Assembly (NCBI RefSeq): GCF_009914755.1
Contig: NC_060941.1
DNA: 64,000 nt
Strand: one strand, 5' to 3'
Source: the human T2T-CHM13v2.0 reference genome, Homo sapiens
Of the stretch, positions 29,416 through 46,457 are shown in pieces (position 1 is the first letter of the stretch; each line of letters begins with the position of its first letter). Under the pieces are notes generated by a model, which was not told the DNA's origin, made no database searches, and was given only the letters and a program-made list of their open reading frames with translations. The position numbers were made by a program, and so were the translations under genes.

Positions 29416-29723
29416 ATGATGATGATGGTGATAGTGATGGTGATGGTGATAATGATGGTGATAATGGTGATAGTGATGGTGTCAGTGATGGTGATGATGG
29501 TGATGGTGACAGTGATGATGGTGATGATGGTGATGCTGCCGATGATGGTGATGCTGGTGATAGTGATGGTGATGATGGTGATAGTGACGGCGATGATGAT
29601 AGTGATGACGGTGATGGTGACAGTGACAGTGATGGTGATGATGATGGTGGTGATGGTGATGTGACAGTGATGGTGATGATGATGGTGATGGTTACAGTGA
29701 TGATGATGGTGAGGATGATGGTA
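29416..29723 (+). repeat. Imperfect (ATG/GTG)n trinucleotide-based repeat, about 308 bp
   Basis: GATGATGGTGATAGTGATGGTG... directly visible. Confidence 0.95.
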
Positions 29724-29744
29724 ACTACATTTGTTGAGCTCCAG

Positions 29745-30175
29745 CAGATGGATGTAATGGTTCAGAGCCGGTCTCTGATGTCAGCAAACCCTGGGTTTGA
29801 ATCCTCTTCTGTTTCTCCAGGACTTGAGAGGCATATTGGTTAACCTCTCAGTTACTCTTTGGTAAATGTGGAAATAGTAGTCCTTACCTTTTAGGCTTGT
29901 GAAGATGAAACGAGATAACATGTGAATTCTCAGCTTGGAGCCCAGTATACAGCAGCACTCAGTATGTGGCGAATTTTGTTAGGACAATATTACTCTTGGG
30001 CTAGGTACTGTGCTGAGCACTTCACATACATCTCCCCAAAAGGCTGTCATGATAGTATTAGGATCCTCATTTTGCAGCTGAGGAAACAGAGAACAGAGCC
30101 TGCATAGCATCCCAAAGTCACTTAGCTTCTAAGTAAAAACCAGAATTTGAACCCTGGTTGATCTTACTCCAAAGC
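29745..30175. mobile_element. Two MIR fragments in opposite orientation
   Basis: CCTGGGTTTGAATCC (+) and CATTTTGCAGCTGAGGAAACAGAG (-). Confidence 0.6.
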
Positions 30176-30528
30176 CTTAGCCTTAGGTATAAAGGCTTGT
30201 GGTAGGTTTTTCATGATAGCAAAATATTAAAAATATAATTACCACCAGTAGGGGATTGGTTAAACAAGTTACAGGACATCCTCACAATACACACAGTTGC
30301 AAACAAAGTATTTAGGAAGATTTTCAAGATATGTTAAGAGAAAGAACACAGTATAGAACAGTGTACAGTATATTACTATTTCTATAAAAGAGGGTGATTA
30401 ATATATAAATGTATGTGTTTGTTTATATATGCACAGGACACACAAGAAACCAATGACATTAGTTGCCTATCAGGAAGGGAACTAGGTGGCAGGGTGACAT
30501 GGATGGGAGGGATACTTTACTATGTACC

Positions 30529-30819
<291 letters not shown>

Positions 30820-30939
30820 ACTACCCTTTTATATTTTTGTGTGTGTGGAGATGTGTGTGTGTTTTTTGTGGTTCAGAGCTGATCTGTAAATTAATATGTA
30901 AATAATTAACGTGATTTCACTGACTTCATTTTTTATCAC

Positions 30940-31335
30940 CCTCCCCCACTCTCAGTCCCTACAGCTTGGGTTCTTGTGTTCCTCAAACATTCATTCCAGC
31001 CCAGGGCCTTTAAACTTGATTTTCTCCATGAGACCCTCTTCCCCTGATCCTTGCCTTTCCTTCACCACATTCAAGTCTCTGCCCAGATGCCATCCTTCAG
31101 AAAGGCCTTTCCTGACCATGTGACCCGAAATAACCACCACTGTTCATTGTTGCTTTATTTTCTTTACATCACTATGCACTGTCTCAAATTATATTATTCT
31201 GTTTTTCTGTGTATTTACTTGTTTCTTTTCTATTTCCCCCACTAGAATGTAAGTTCCAGTAGGACGAAGATTTTTTTCTGTTATATATCTTAGTGTATGA
31301 TACATGATAGATGCTTAATAAATATTTGCTGGTGG
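30940..31335 (+). mobile_element. L2 LINE 3' fragment
   Basis: CACTAGAATGTAAGTTCCA...GCTTAATAAATATTTGCTG. Confidence 0.7.
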
Positions 31336-31625
31336 AATTAATGAGCAGATAAGCATAACCTTTCTCTGTGATATTTATCACAGATAAATATGTTAATTTA
31401 TTAATCAGTTAATTGAACATATATTTATCGAATGTCTAACATATTATAAAACAGTCAAAAGTCCCCATCCTCATGGGGCTTTTATTCTTATTGATTGAGT
31501 CATTTATTTACTGACACACAACTACAAGCCAGGCTCTATGCTAGGTACTTCAGAAGAGACAATGACAAAAAGCAGGTGTTTTTCCTTTAAGACATTTGTA
31601 CTTGTTTAAGGAATAGGGATGGGAG

Positions 31626-31905
31626 TGGGAGTAGGAGTGGGAAAAGATTTGGTTGCACAGTACAAAATCTGAAACGTTAGGTGCCGTAGGGCTGGGAATG
31701 AAGACAGGGGAAGAAAGACCTTATTTGCATTCTCTGATGTCTTAGGCTCTAGGGAGAGTGATGGAAATGGGAGTAGGAGTGGGGAAAGATTTGGTTGCAC
31801 AGTACAAAATCTGAGATGGTGCTGTAGGGCTGGGAATGAAGACGAGGGAGAAAGACCTTATTTGCATTCTCTGATGTCTTAGACTCTAGGGAGAGTGACA
31901 GAAAT
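31626..31905 (+). repeat. Two-copy tandem duplication, unit about 140 bp
   Basis: 31626-31767 vs 31768-31905 share TGGGAGTAGGAGTGGG.AAAGATTTGGTTGCACAGTACAAAATCTGA...AGAAAGACCTTATTTGCATTCTCTGATGTCTTAG.CTCTAGGGAGAGTGA. Confidence 0.95.
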
Positions 31906-33053
31906 CAGAAGAGAAGAAGAAGTGTTGATGGACAAACAAGTGGTCCAGAATTTTAACAGAAGAAAACAGGAAAAATTGTATTAGACTTTACTTTCTACCA
32001 GAGATGCAGGCAGGAAGCAGCCCTATGTAGCGCCTACTGTCATACTCATAAGACACCAGCTACACACCATGAAACAGGGACCTCAGTCACAAAACATCCT
32101 GTCTGAAAGGTTCATGCATGTCACACAATAGGGGCTTAAATAAATATTTGTTGGGTGAATTGAGCACATAAGTGCAACCCTTTGCTGTAATAAATTTGTT
32201 AATTAATTGAACAAAAATTTATTCAGTGCCTACTATGTGATATTTTGTGGGGAGGAGTTTTCTAAGCCCGACTTGGAGGAAGACCATGGATTTAACCTGC
32301 AAGGTGTCCACTGCCAGCCTTGACGGGTCCTTCTGGAGGAACTTGCAGGGTGAGGTGAGCGTTGGGAGCTGTTTTAGGTGTCTGTAGCCATGTGCTACTG
32401 TCCATGGTCCTGAAACACCACCATTGCTCTTTAGGACACGAATTCTTCTTCTAGCACAAGAACATTGGTGACTTGTGTCCAGCATCTTTCAAAAATCCTG
32501 AAACAGGTAAGGAAGAAGAAGGTAGAGGAATATAGGATATGCGGGTGGGAAGAGAATACACAGAGGCTCTTAGAAAGGCACAGCCCCAAGAGAGTGTCAG
32601 GGAGTTCTTTGGCTTTGAAATATTAATATGTATTCACTTCCACCATGAAGGAAACCACCCTAGACCTAGAACACGGCCAAGACACTGTAAAGCTGAAGAA
32701 TAGGGAGAAATTTCTGCATGAGGCTAAGCAAAGGTGACTATGAACAATATTGGGACGGCAATATCAAGATGGCTCAAGTGAAATACTAGTTATTATATCA
32801 AAGAGTTCATAATAAAATTAAGCCATATGGAGAATTTTACATATTTATTACATACTCATTATATAATATGTATAATATATAAATTACATATTTTATGTCA
32901 TATATAATACATTGTATATATTTTATATGTAATGATAATATACACTATATGTAATATTCCTCATAACATATTCATTATAAAATTAAGCCATATGGAAAAG
33001 TTTAAAGAAGAAACAAACCACCCAGTTCTGTCACTCTGAAATATGATAGTTCA

Positions 33054-33372
<319 letters not shown>

Positions 33373-33620
33373 TTATACTTCAAATCATTTTTTGTATCAC
33401 TAAAAAAAACCTACCAATTAAACCATAACAAAATGCTTTACATAATCTAGAGTTTTTATTAAAAGAACTGTTTTAAACTTGTATAAATATATATTTTATA
33501 GCATGTTACTCATATACAAACATAAACAAAAAATATAAGAAATAAATTGGTCCAATATATTTCTAAAACACCTTCACATTTAGCGTTCAACTCTTCTGAA
33601 TCACCTTTTGGCTCAGTCGT

Positions 33621-33622
33621 TG

Positions 33623-33663
<41 letters not shown>

Positions 33664-33664
33664 G
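33621..33664 (+). repeat. (TG)n microsatellite, one interruption
   Basis: Directly visible. Confidence 0.95.
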
Positions 33665-33729
33665 AATACAATATCCTTTGTGCATCAAGAGTATCAATGA
33701 TGCAGCATTTCTTAAAAGAGTGCTCAGCT

Positions 33730-34018
<289 letters not shown>

Positions 34019-34755
34019 GAGTGCTCAGCTATTGTCTCTGGACTTTATTTCCAAGGCACTGCTTGGAGTTTTGATGCTGGAACTTGCTTGATCTTACCAG
34101 AAGATGTCAGCAATGACAACTACTTCATGGCTGCCACCTGGCTGTCAGCCATTGTGTGGTCACTAGATTTCAGAGTTGTTTATATGTGAAAAAAAAAAAA
34201 TCAGTATTTTAGAATGGGTGAAGACAGTAACTGGTAAACATTATTTCAAATATCTTTCTGTGCTTATAAACAACAAGAAGAATAAATGGATAGAAAGAGA
34301 AAGTTTTACATAAGGTTAGACAAAAATGATTTTGTAAAAATTAATCACTACATTTTATCAAAAATGCAAATTAAGCTTCTGAAATTTTAATGAAATTCAA
34401 GAGAAGAAAAATAAATTGAAGTAGATCTGAAGGAATGGCTATAATTTAAATAATGTTTCCACCCCAGGAGATATTAATTACTAAAAGGATTCTTATAAGG
34501 GTAAGGACAAGTGGTTATAAAAACCATAAAATCATAAAGAGGTTGGAGTCATTGATTTTTCAAACCTCACACATTTCGATTTCAGACAGTATTGATTGAT
34601 CCCCCGCTATAAAAGGTGAGATGGTTAGCACAGTTACACTTCCTCCCTCCTCCCTTTGCCAATCTCCCAATTTTGTTGCTTATGTTGATTTTTCTCTTGT
34701 TGGGATTTATATTATTTATATTCTGTTTTGTAATTGTAATTCCTAGCATTTATAA

Positions 34756-35151
<396 letters not shown>

Positions 35152-35453
35152 TAAGACATGCACATAGTTTAAAAAGTCAAGTTTTACCACTTGGCCCTAA
35201 ATGAAAAATTGCATTTCTCTGCTCCCTATTTTCACTTATCCAAACCTCACAGCTCTGAGGGAGTAATCCCTACCTTTTACAACGATCTCCTTTGTTGTCA
35301 TGTTCACAGCCCCCAAACAGTGACTTCTTGCTATGGCAGCTGAGCTTTTCGATGATTTACTAGACCTCTCCTAACACACATATACATACACTCAGCATCC
35401 TCTCATCCTCCACATATAATTATCACCACTTTTCATTAAATCAAGATCCAGTG

Positions 35454-37518
<2,065 letters not shown>

Positions 37519-38113
37519 GTTCGGCGTTTATATTATCAAGGTAATGCAATTAATATTGATAGTTGAGTCATAAACTGTACTATAATTACATTCCAACTTT
37601 TTTACTTCCTGAAGTTAATAATTGCCTCTTTTTTTGTTTGTGTTGTTTTCTATACACTAGTTCATTCTGAAATTTTCCACCAGAACTGAAAATCTTCTTT
37701 GAATTTTTGTTCAGACACCCCAAATGATCTATCAATTCTGCTTTTCTCTTGATATCAGTCCTCTGGGAGCAGTACATCATCCTACCACAAACTGGACAGG
37801 TTACTTCTTAAACACATTGTCTTCCTGGAAGCAGTTATCTTCCTGGCACTTCTCTTCACCACTGCCTAAGAAGTTTCCATCATTTTCCTTTTGTGTTGAT
37901 TCTCACGTCTGGATCCCGTGTTTTCCTTCTTTATTCTCTTCATCATGCCGTCACAAAAGCACATCTTTCAGTAGCTTTTGGAGAAAGGGTGTGTGGGAGG
38001 TAAATTTTTAAAACCTGGCATATCTGAAAATATCTTTGCCTTTACAGCTTTATGTTTTCATTTTAATTTTGAATTAACATTCAGTAAAGTTGACTTTGTA
38101 GACAATTTTATAA

Positions 38114-38401
38114 TTTTTTTTTTTTGAGATGAGGTCTTGCTCTGTCACTGGAGTGCAGTAGAATGATCACAGCTCACTGCAGCCTTGACCTCCCAGGCTC
38201 AAGCGATCATCCCACCTCAGCCTCCCAAGTCACTGGGAGGCTGCCACCACACCTGGCTAATGAAAACAGTTTTTTAAATTTTGGTAGAGACAGGGTCTCA
38301 GTATGTTGTCCAGGCTGGTCTCAAACTCCTGGACTCCAGCAATCCTCCTGCCTTGGCCTCCCAAAGTGCTAGGATTACAGATGTAAGCTACCGTGACTGG
38401 T
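38114..38401 (-). mobile_element. Alu (J-like)
   Basis: Antisense dimer. Confidence 0.9.
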
Positions 38402-39037
38402 CACAGTTTTATGAAGTTTAACACACGTTGATTTAGGTAAGCACCACAAGATACAGAAGAGTTTCATTACCTCCGAAAACTCCCTCATGCTACCCCTTTG
38501 TAATCACACTGTCCTTCCCATCCCTAAGTCTTGGCAACCACACATCTGTTCTCTATCACTATAGGCTTGTCTTTTTGAGAATGTCATATCAATGGAATCA
38601 TACAGCATGTAACATTTTAGGACTAACTTCTTTCATTCAATAATGCCTTTGAGATTCATCTAAGTGGTTGCATGTATCAACAGTTCATTGCTTTTTCTCA
38701 CTGAGGAATGTTAGGTTTATCTATTTACCACTGAAGGACATGGGGTTGTTTCCAGTTGTTTATTGTTGTTTTGGAAATTATAAATGGAGCCATTACAACT
38801 ATTTATTTACAGGTTTTGGTGCGAATATAAGCTTTTAAGTTTTCTAGGGTAAATACCTAAGAATTGTTGTCATATTATAAAGTGTATTTAACTTTATAAG
38901 ACTGCCAAACTGTTTTCCAGAGTGGCAATATCATTTTGTAATCCCACCAGCAATGTCAGAGTTCTAGTTGCTTCTCATCCTAGTAAGCACTTGGTATTGT
39001 CAGTATTTTAATATTTTTAAGTATGTGTGGGGGGGGT

Positions 39038-39725
<688 letters not shown>

Positions 39726-39949
39726 TGAAAATGGACTAATACACCTTTTATTTCTTTTTATTACCTTAATTAACTGGCTGAGAATTCCAGTATGTTGTTG
39801 AATAGGAGTAATGAGAGTAACCATCCTTGCTTTTTTCAATCCTCACAGCATCTTACACATGAATGTTTATCCAGGGATCTTTAGATATTTGAGGAAACCA
39901 TCTGAAAAACAGGTCAATGGGAGTCGTTATATTATTCCCTCACTCTTTT

Positions 39950-40077
39950 ATTTTTCTCTTTTTCTCTCTTTCTTTCTTTCTCTCTCTCTTTCTTTCTTTC
40001 TTCTTTCTTTTCCTTTCCTTCCTTCCTTCCTTTCTCTTTCTTTATTGCTTTTCTTTCTCTCTTTCTTTCTCTTTCCT

Positions 40078-40111
<34 letters not shown>

Positions 40112-40255
40112 GATAGGGTCTCACTCTGTTATGCAGGCTGAAGTGCAGTGGTGTAATCATAGATCACTGCAGCCTCAAACTCATGGGCTTAAGTGATCCT
40201 TCCACCCTAGCCTCCCCAGCAGCTGGGACTACAGGCATACACCACCAGGCCTGGC
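39950..40255 (-). mobile_element. Alu right monomer with expanded (CT/CTTT)n tail (39950-40110)
   Basis: About 160-bp pyrimidine tract followed by a J-like right arm. Confidence 0.88.
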
Positions 40256-43200
40256 TGAAGGTATTTCTTAATTTTCCTTTAGCATCCAGTTTGTTCTTGA
40301 TTAATCTGAAGCTGTTATGCTTCTTGTTATTTTGTGGGTGGGTGACCTATTCCTTATCTCTGGAGACTTTAAGGACCTCGTTTTTATTCTTAATGTTTTG
40401 AAATTTTATGAAAAAGTGCTTAGTGTGGATTAAATTTCTTCTGATGATGTTTTTCAGTCTGAGAGACTTTTATTTCTTTGATAATTTTTTCACCTTTTTA
40501 GTTGCCATTCTTTTGGGAATTCCTACTGAAATAATTTCTAAGCCTCTTATGTATTTTCTTCAGTTGCTTACCTAATTTTTTATTCTACATTCAGAAGAGA
40601 TTTCCTCAACTTGATTTTCCAATCCCTCTGTTGAAGTTTTAATTTCTGTAAACATATTTGAATTCCCAAAAGCTCTTTTTTTGTTCTCTAGTTTTTAAAT
40701 GTAATTCCATTCTTAATTTATAGGTAGTATATCTTCTTGCTTCTCTCTAAAGATACTAATTACATGAACTAAAGGGTTTTTTGTAAAGGTTTCTTACATT
40801 CTCTGTATCATTTTTGTTTTCTTCTCATTCATTTTTCTATTTATTTTGTTTTTGCTTTTTAATGTTGAAAGCCTTTCTTAAATGCCTGGTTATCTTTGGT
40901 TGCCTTTATCCATTTAGGAGGAAGGCACTAAAATTAGATTAGAACTTCTATATATAGGCAGAGCTCTTATGCTGATGGACTTCACTTTAGGGGAGCAGGT
41001 GGAAAATTGGCAATTCACTGGAGGACCCCAAAGTGCCAATATATTGAGGCCTGTTTTTCTGGGGTTGCTGTTTCTCCAGAGGGGGAAAAGTATTGGTTTC
41101 CTGTCTTTAAGTTAGATGCTAGAGTTTTGCACTGGATTAAGAAAGAAGATGAAATTCAGTTTTCTTTTAGTCAGGGAAGTTCCCACCTATGTCCTTCTAT
41201 CATTTACATTACCTACACTTGAGTCTGTGACCCTGATATTACAAAAACTTTTCTGTACAAGACAGACTTGCAACATTCTCAAGGGTCTCCTGCTTTTGGC
41301 GTATCACATTCATTCCTGTTGTCAGGTACTTTACCATAACATGGTGGACATTGCAAGTTGTCTACTCAGCAGTCATGCCTAATTCCTTCTTCCTTGCCTG
41401 ATTCCTGCTAAATTACCTGAAAAAGCTAAGTATTCATGTTCCCAGACCATTTAGCAGCTAGTAGTAGTCATGTGATAAATCCAGTAATTACCAGTAAGAC
41501 ATAGGGGCATCCACTGGGGAGTTTGGGGGAAAGATTTATTCTCCATGATTAAAGGCAAGAGATGAAGGAAGACACTGCCCACACTACTTTCCTCACTTCT
41601 AGTATTGAATGAAATTGCATGAGGACATATATGATGATCGAAGCCACGGAAACCATCTTGGACCATGAGGGAAAAAAAACAAGAGCATCACAGATTCACT
41701 GAACTGGTATTGTGATCTCATCAAGTCACTGGGTCACAGCTGGCTCATTGGCTTTGATCCTCTGAATTTACCTAATTATTTTTTTTAATCTTCCTTCTTC
41801 TTTTTAGTTAAATATTCTGTCTTGTTTTCTATTTCTCCCCTTGTCTTCTCTCATCCTTTCAGATCTTTAAAGAGTCTGAAGCTTGGATGGAAACACAGAC
41901 AAAGTTATAGGCCCTTACCTGTTCTCATTAGGTCTTTTCTGAAACAAGATGAGATATGAATAAGCAAATGGGCTGCTCCCCCTATGTCCAATAGAGATGT
42001 CCAAATGAGATGTCTGTCATCTTTCTTCTTCTTTGCTGCCATAGAGGTCTTCATCTGACTAATACAACATGGGACCAAGCTTTATTCCCTCCCCACCAAA
42101 AATGCTCTTAAAAGTGACTTGGTGGCTGGGCGCAGTTGCTCAGCTGGAAGTTGCTCAGGCTGGTCTCAAAGTTCTGGGCTTAAGCTACCCTTCTGCCTCT
42201 GCCTTCCAACGTGATGAGATTACAGGTGTAAGCCACTGCTCCTGGCCCAGTTCTGCTGATCTGTCTTCGAGTTCACTGACTCTTCCTCTGTCATCCCCAT
42301 TTTGCTATTAAACCTCTTCAGTAAATTTTTAATTTCCATTATTGTATTTTTCAGTTCTAAAATCTCTACCTGGTTTATTTTTGCAGCTTTCATTTCTTTG
42401 CTGAGAGCTGCTATCTTTCAATGTTTCAAGGGTGTTTAGTTCTGCCTCATCCAGCATGGTTGTAATAGCTACTACTAAGCCTTTGGTAATTTTAAAATCA
42501 GCATTATGTCAGGTTTTTTTGATTGTCTTTTCTCTTACAATTTGTTGGAGTTTTCCTGTTTTTCTCTTTTAATGTTGCATAATTTTGGATTGTGTCTTGG
42601 AATATTATATTGTGAGACTTTGAATCCTGTCAGTGTCCTCTGGAGTGCTGATTTTGTTTGTTTGTTTTAGCTGTCAGTTAACCCTGTTAAATCCTGACCT
42701 GCCTTGAGTGAGGTGTGTGGTTCCGACGTCCACACTTTCTGAAGCCTTTGCAATGCCGCTCGGGTCTGCATCATGCGTGTGCCACCTAGGGGCCAGTCTG
42801 GGACCCAGGTGGTGGTTTACACCATATTTCAGTTCCCAAAGCCTTCGTGATGTTGCTTCAAGTCATTTCTACCCATGCACGGATTTAAGGACCCCTTTCT
42901 ATGGCTGCCTCCTTTCTATGCTTTACTCCATACAGTCTGGCTCCTAGGGGCCGCTTTTTCTGGTGCTCTGGCTACAAAGCTGGGGTTTTAGCTTCCCTTT
43001 ACTGTCACAAACTTTTCATGACTGGGTCTGTCTCAGGGCAAATTGGTGAAAGTAAAGAGAGAGAAAATATATTATGGACTTCCCCCACCCCCCACAGGGT
43101 CTCAGCAGGTAGCTATGGAAGGAAAAACAAAAATCAGAGAACTCACCACCATATTGGTTACATTAAAGTGTTGACTTCCTTCCTCAAACTGCTGTTACTT

Positions 43201-43323
43201 TCCAGAGTTCTTTAGTTTTTATTTACAATAGGTGGGAGAAATTGGGTGGAATCTTAGAACCCCTAGGTTACAGCATTGATTTGTTTGGTGGTTATACCTT
43301 TCTGGTGTGATCTCATTGTCCTT

Positions 43324-43980
43324 GTGTCTTAGTCCATTTGGGCTGCTATAACAAAGCACCTTAGATTGGGTAATTTAAAACGACATAAATTTATTGGCCA
43401 TGGTTCTGGAGGCTGGGAAACAGAGACTCTCTGAAAGAAAATGAAAGGTAAGAGACACGGTGAAAGGGTAAGACAGCTCTCTGGGGCCTCTTTTATAAGG
43501 GCATCGCTATGGTTTGAATGCGTCCCCTCCAAAATTCAGGTGTTGCCAATGTGACAGTATAAAAAGATAGGACCTTTAAGAGGTGGTTAGGCCATGAGAG
43601 CGCCTCCTTCGTGAATGGGCTCAGGTGTCCTTATAAAGGGGCTTGATAGGGGAAATTGATTTCTTTCTTACCTTCTGCCTTCCATCATGAGAGGACACAG
43701 TAAGAAGGCTCTCACCAGATGCTGGTGCCTTGATCTGGGACTTCTCAGCCTCCAGAACTGTGAGAATTAAATTTCTGTGTTTTTAAAAATAAACTATCCT
43801 ATCTCAGGTATTCTGTTATAGCAGCATAAAATGAATTAAGAGAGGTATTAATTTCACTCATGGAGGTGGAGCGCTGATGACCTAATCACATTCCAAAAGC
43901 CCCATCTTCTAACACCATCAACTTTGTGATTAGGTTTCGACATATGAATTTAGGGGGAACACAAACATTCAGACCACAGT
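43324..43980 (-). mobile_element. MLT1A/MSTD-type LTR (host element)
   Basis: TGTCTTAGTCCATTTGGGCTGCTATAACAAA...AACATTCAGACCACAG. Confidence 0.8.
43505..43843 (+). mobile_element. MST-type solo LTR nested in an opposite-strand MaLR LTR
   Basis: GCTATGGTTTGAATG...GTTATAGCAGCA..AATTAAGA; 5-bp TSD GGCAT (43500-43504) / GGTAT (43844-43848). Confidence 0.8.
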
Positions 43981-44161
43981 ATCTTCAGAAATTATTCTGC
44001 TCTTTAGTCTTTTAGTCCTTGTAACAACTTTGTACAAAATTTTCCCTCCATATTTTTTTGCGGCTCATTTTCATGTGAAAGTAGTTTTACTAAACTTTTA
44101 GAAGGGGACATGATTCACACATTTCCCTCTTCAGTTGTTTTTATGTAGTATTCAAAAATAT

Positions 44162-44294
44162 GACTGGGTGCTGTCCCATGTGCCCGTAGTCCTAGCTACT
44201 GGGAAGGCTTAGACAGGAGGATTGCTTGAACCCAGGAGTTTGAGACTAGCCTGGGCAACATACAGCAAGACCCCATCTCAAACAAAACAAAAAA
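44162..44294 (+). mobile_element. FLAM-type Alu monomer
   Basis: Single monomer with A tail; AAAAATATG / AAAAGTATG flanks. Confidence 0.8.
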
Positions 44295-44770
44295 GTATGG
44301 TGACTTGCTTTCTGATATTTTTCTAGCTCTATCCGCCTCACCATTTTTAATGTATACCTTCTATTTGTACCTTCTTTGTCTTGATAGTCCGTCTCTGAAT
44401 CAATTTTAATCCTCCCTCTTCAGTGCGGAGTTTGTGCTGAAAGGAGGCTCTGGCTTATCAGTTTTGAGAATTTCTGTGACTTAGACTCCTCCAGTCCTTC
44501 AGTTTCAACACCTGGCTACTCATCCTCCACTGAATTTGGAAGAACCAGTCCCTGTTTCAGCTACCATTTTTGAATTGGCCTGCCATGCGTTTCAGAGGAT
44601 ACCTGTTGGCTATTTTTTATTTTCTTCTTTTTGGATGCGTCAGGCACCCTGTTGCTTCCCGCTGCTTCTTCCACAGATGTTGGTACCACCGAGTAAGATT
44701 TTGTGCATGGATCTTCTCCACTTTCTTGTTGGGGCCCATGGGGTTACCTTGTTACTTAGTTTTATTGTAA

Positions 44771-45214
<444 letters not shown>

Positions 45215-45411
45215 AGTCATACTGTTTATTTGTAGTAGAGCTGATACTTGCACACATACCTTCTGAATCCTGGTCCAGTGTCTGTTGTTGTTGTTGTTGT
45301 TGTTGCTGTTGTTAATTGAAATTTTTATTGAAATAATTATAGATTGACCTGCTGTTGTAAGACATAATAGAGACTTCTTGTATACTTTGCCTAATTTTCT
45401 CAAATGGTAAC

Positions 45412-45840
45412 TATCTTAGTTCATTTTCCGTTGCTTGTGACAGAATACCCAAAACTGGATAATTCATAAAGAAAAGGATTTTCTTACAGATAGGAAAACT
45501 TGAGAAGTCTAAGGTTGAGAGGCCATATCTGGTGAGAGCCTTCTTGCTGTTGGGGACTCTGAGGAGTCCTGAGGTGGCACAGGGTATCACATGGTAAGGG
45601 GACTGAGTATGCTAGCCTGCTAGGTCAGGTCTCTCTTCTTCTTTTTTTAAAGCCACCAGTTCTCTTCCCATGATAACCCATTAATCCACTCGCCTATTAA
45701 TCCTTGAATGGATTAATCCATTCATGGGGGCATAATTCTCATGATCCAATCACCTTTTAAAGGCCCAACCTTTTAATACTGCCACATTGGGGATTAAGTT
45801 TCTAACACATGAAATTAGGGGAACATGTTAAAACCATAGC
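45412..45840 (-). mobile_element. MSTB-type MaLR solo LTR
   Basis: TATCTTAGTTCATTTTC...CATATCTGGTGAGAGCCTTCTTGCTG...AAACCATAGC. Confidence 0.8.
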
Positions 45841-46121
45841 CGTGATATTTTATTAAATTGCAGTGTAAGATTACACCCAGAACATTGCTGCTTTGCTATT
45901 TTAACATGGGAATTCTGGGATAATAAGAGACTATACTGATGCCACCACTATTATGTCCCTAAAATAATCCCAGGGAAATTTGATGCAGAAGGATAAACAA
46001 TAAAATGAATCCCAGTAAAGGCTGAGAACTCCAAAGATAACGACAGGCTTTTAGGACATGCAGAAGAATCAAACCACCTTTAAGGACAAAAACAAGACTG
46101 GATTTATGCCTCCAACAATAA

Positions 46122-46125
46122 CATT

Positions 46126-46160
<35 letters not shown>

Positions 46161-46457
46161 AAAAAGGTCTTGCTCTGTCACCCAGGCTGGAGTGCAGTCA
46201 CGCAATCATAGTTCACTGCAGCCTTGAACTCTTGGGCTCAAGTGACCCTCCCTCTTCAGCCTCCTGAGTAGCTGGAACTAAAGAAGCACTCCAGCACAAC
46301 TGGCTAAGATTTTTTATTTTGTAGAGATGGCAGTGGCGGGCGGGGGGGGTCTCACTATGTTGCCCAGGCTGGTCTTGAACTCCTGGCCTCAAGCGATCCT
46401 TCCCACCTCTGCCTCCCAAAGTGTAGGGATTACATGACTGGGCCACTATGCCTGGCC
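46122..46457 (-). mobile_element. Alu (J-like)
   Basis: Long T tract; G-rich insertion at about 46331-46349. Confidence 0.9.

Noticed and set aside
29215-29843. Met/Val-rich hydrophobic ORFs
   Set aside because: Translation of a simple repeat; no evidence of gene structure.
31626-31905. Repeats as a CRISPR-like array
   Set aside because: Only two adjacent units with no spacers, in eukaryotic DNA. The SVA VNTR likewise lacks unique spacers.
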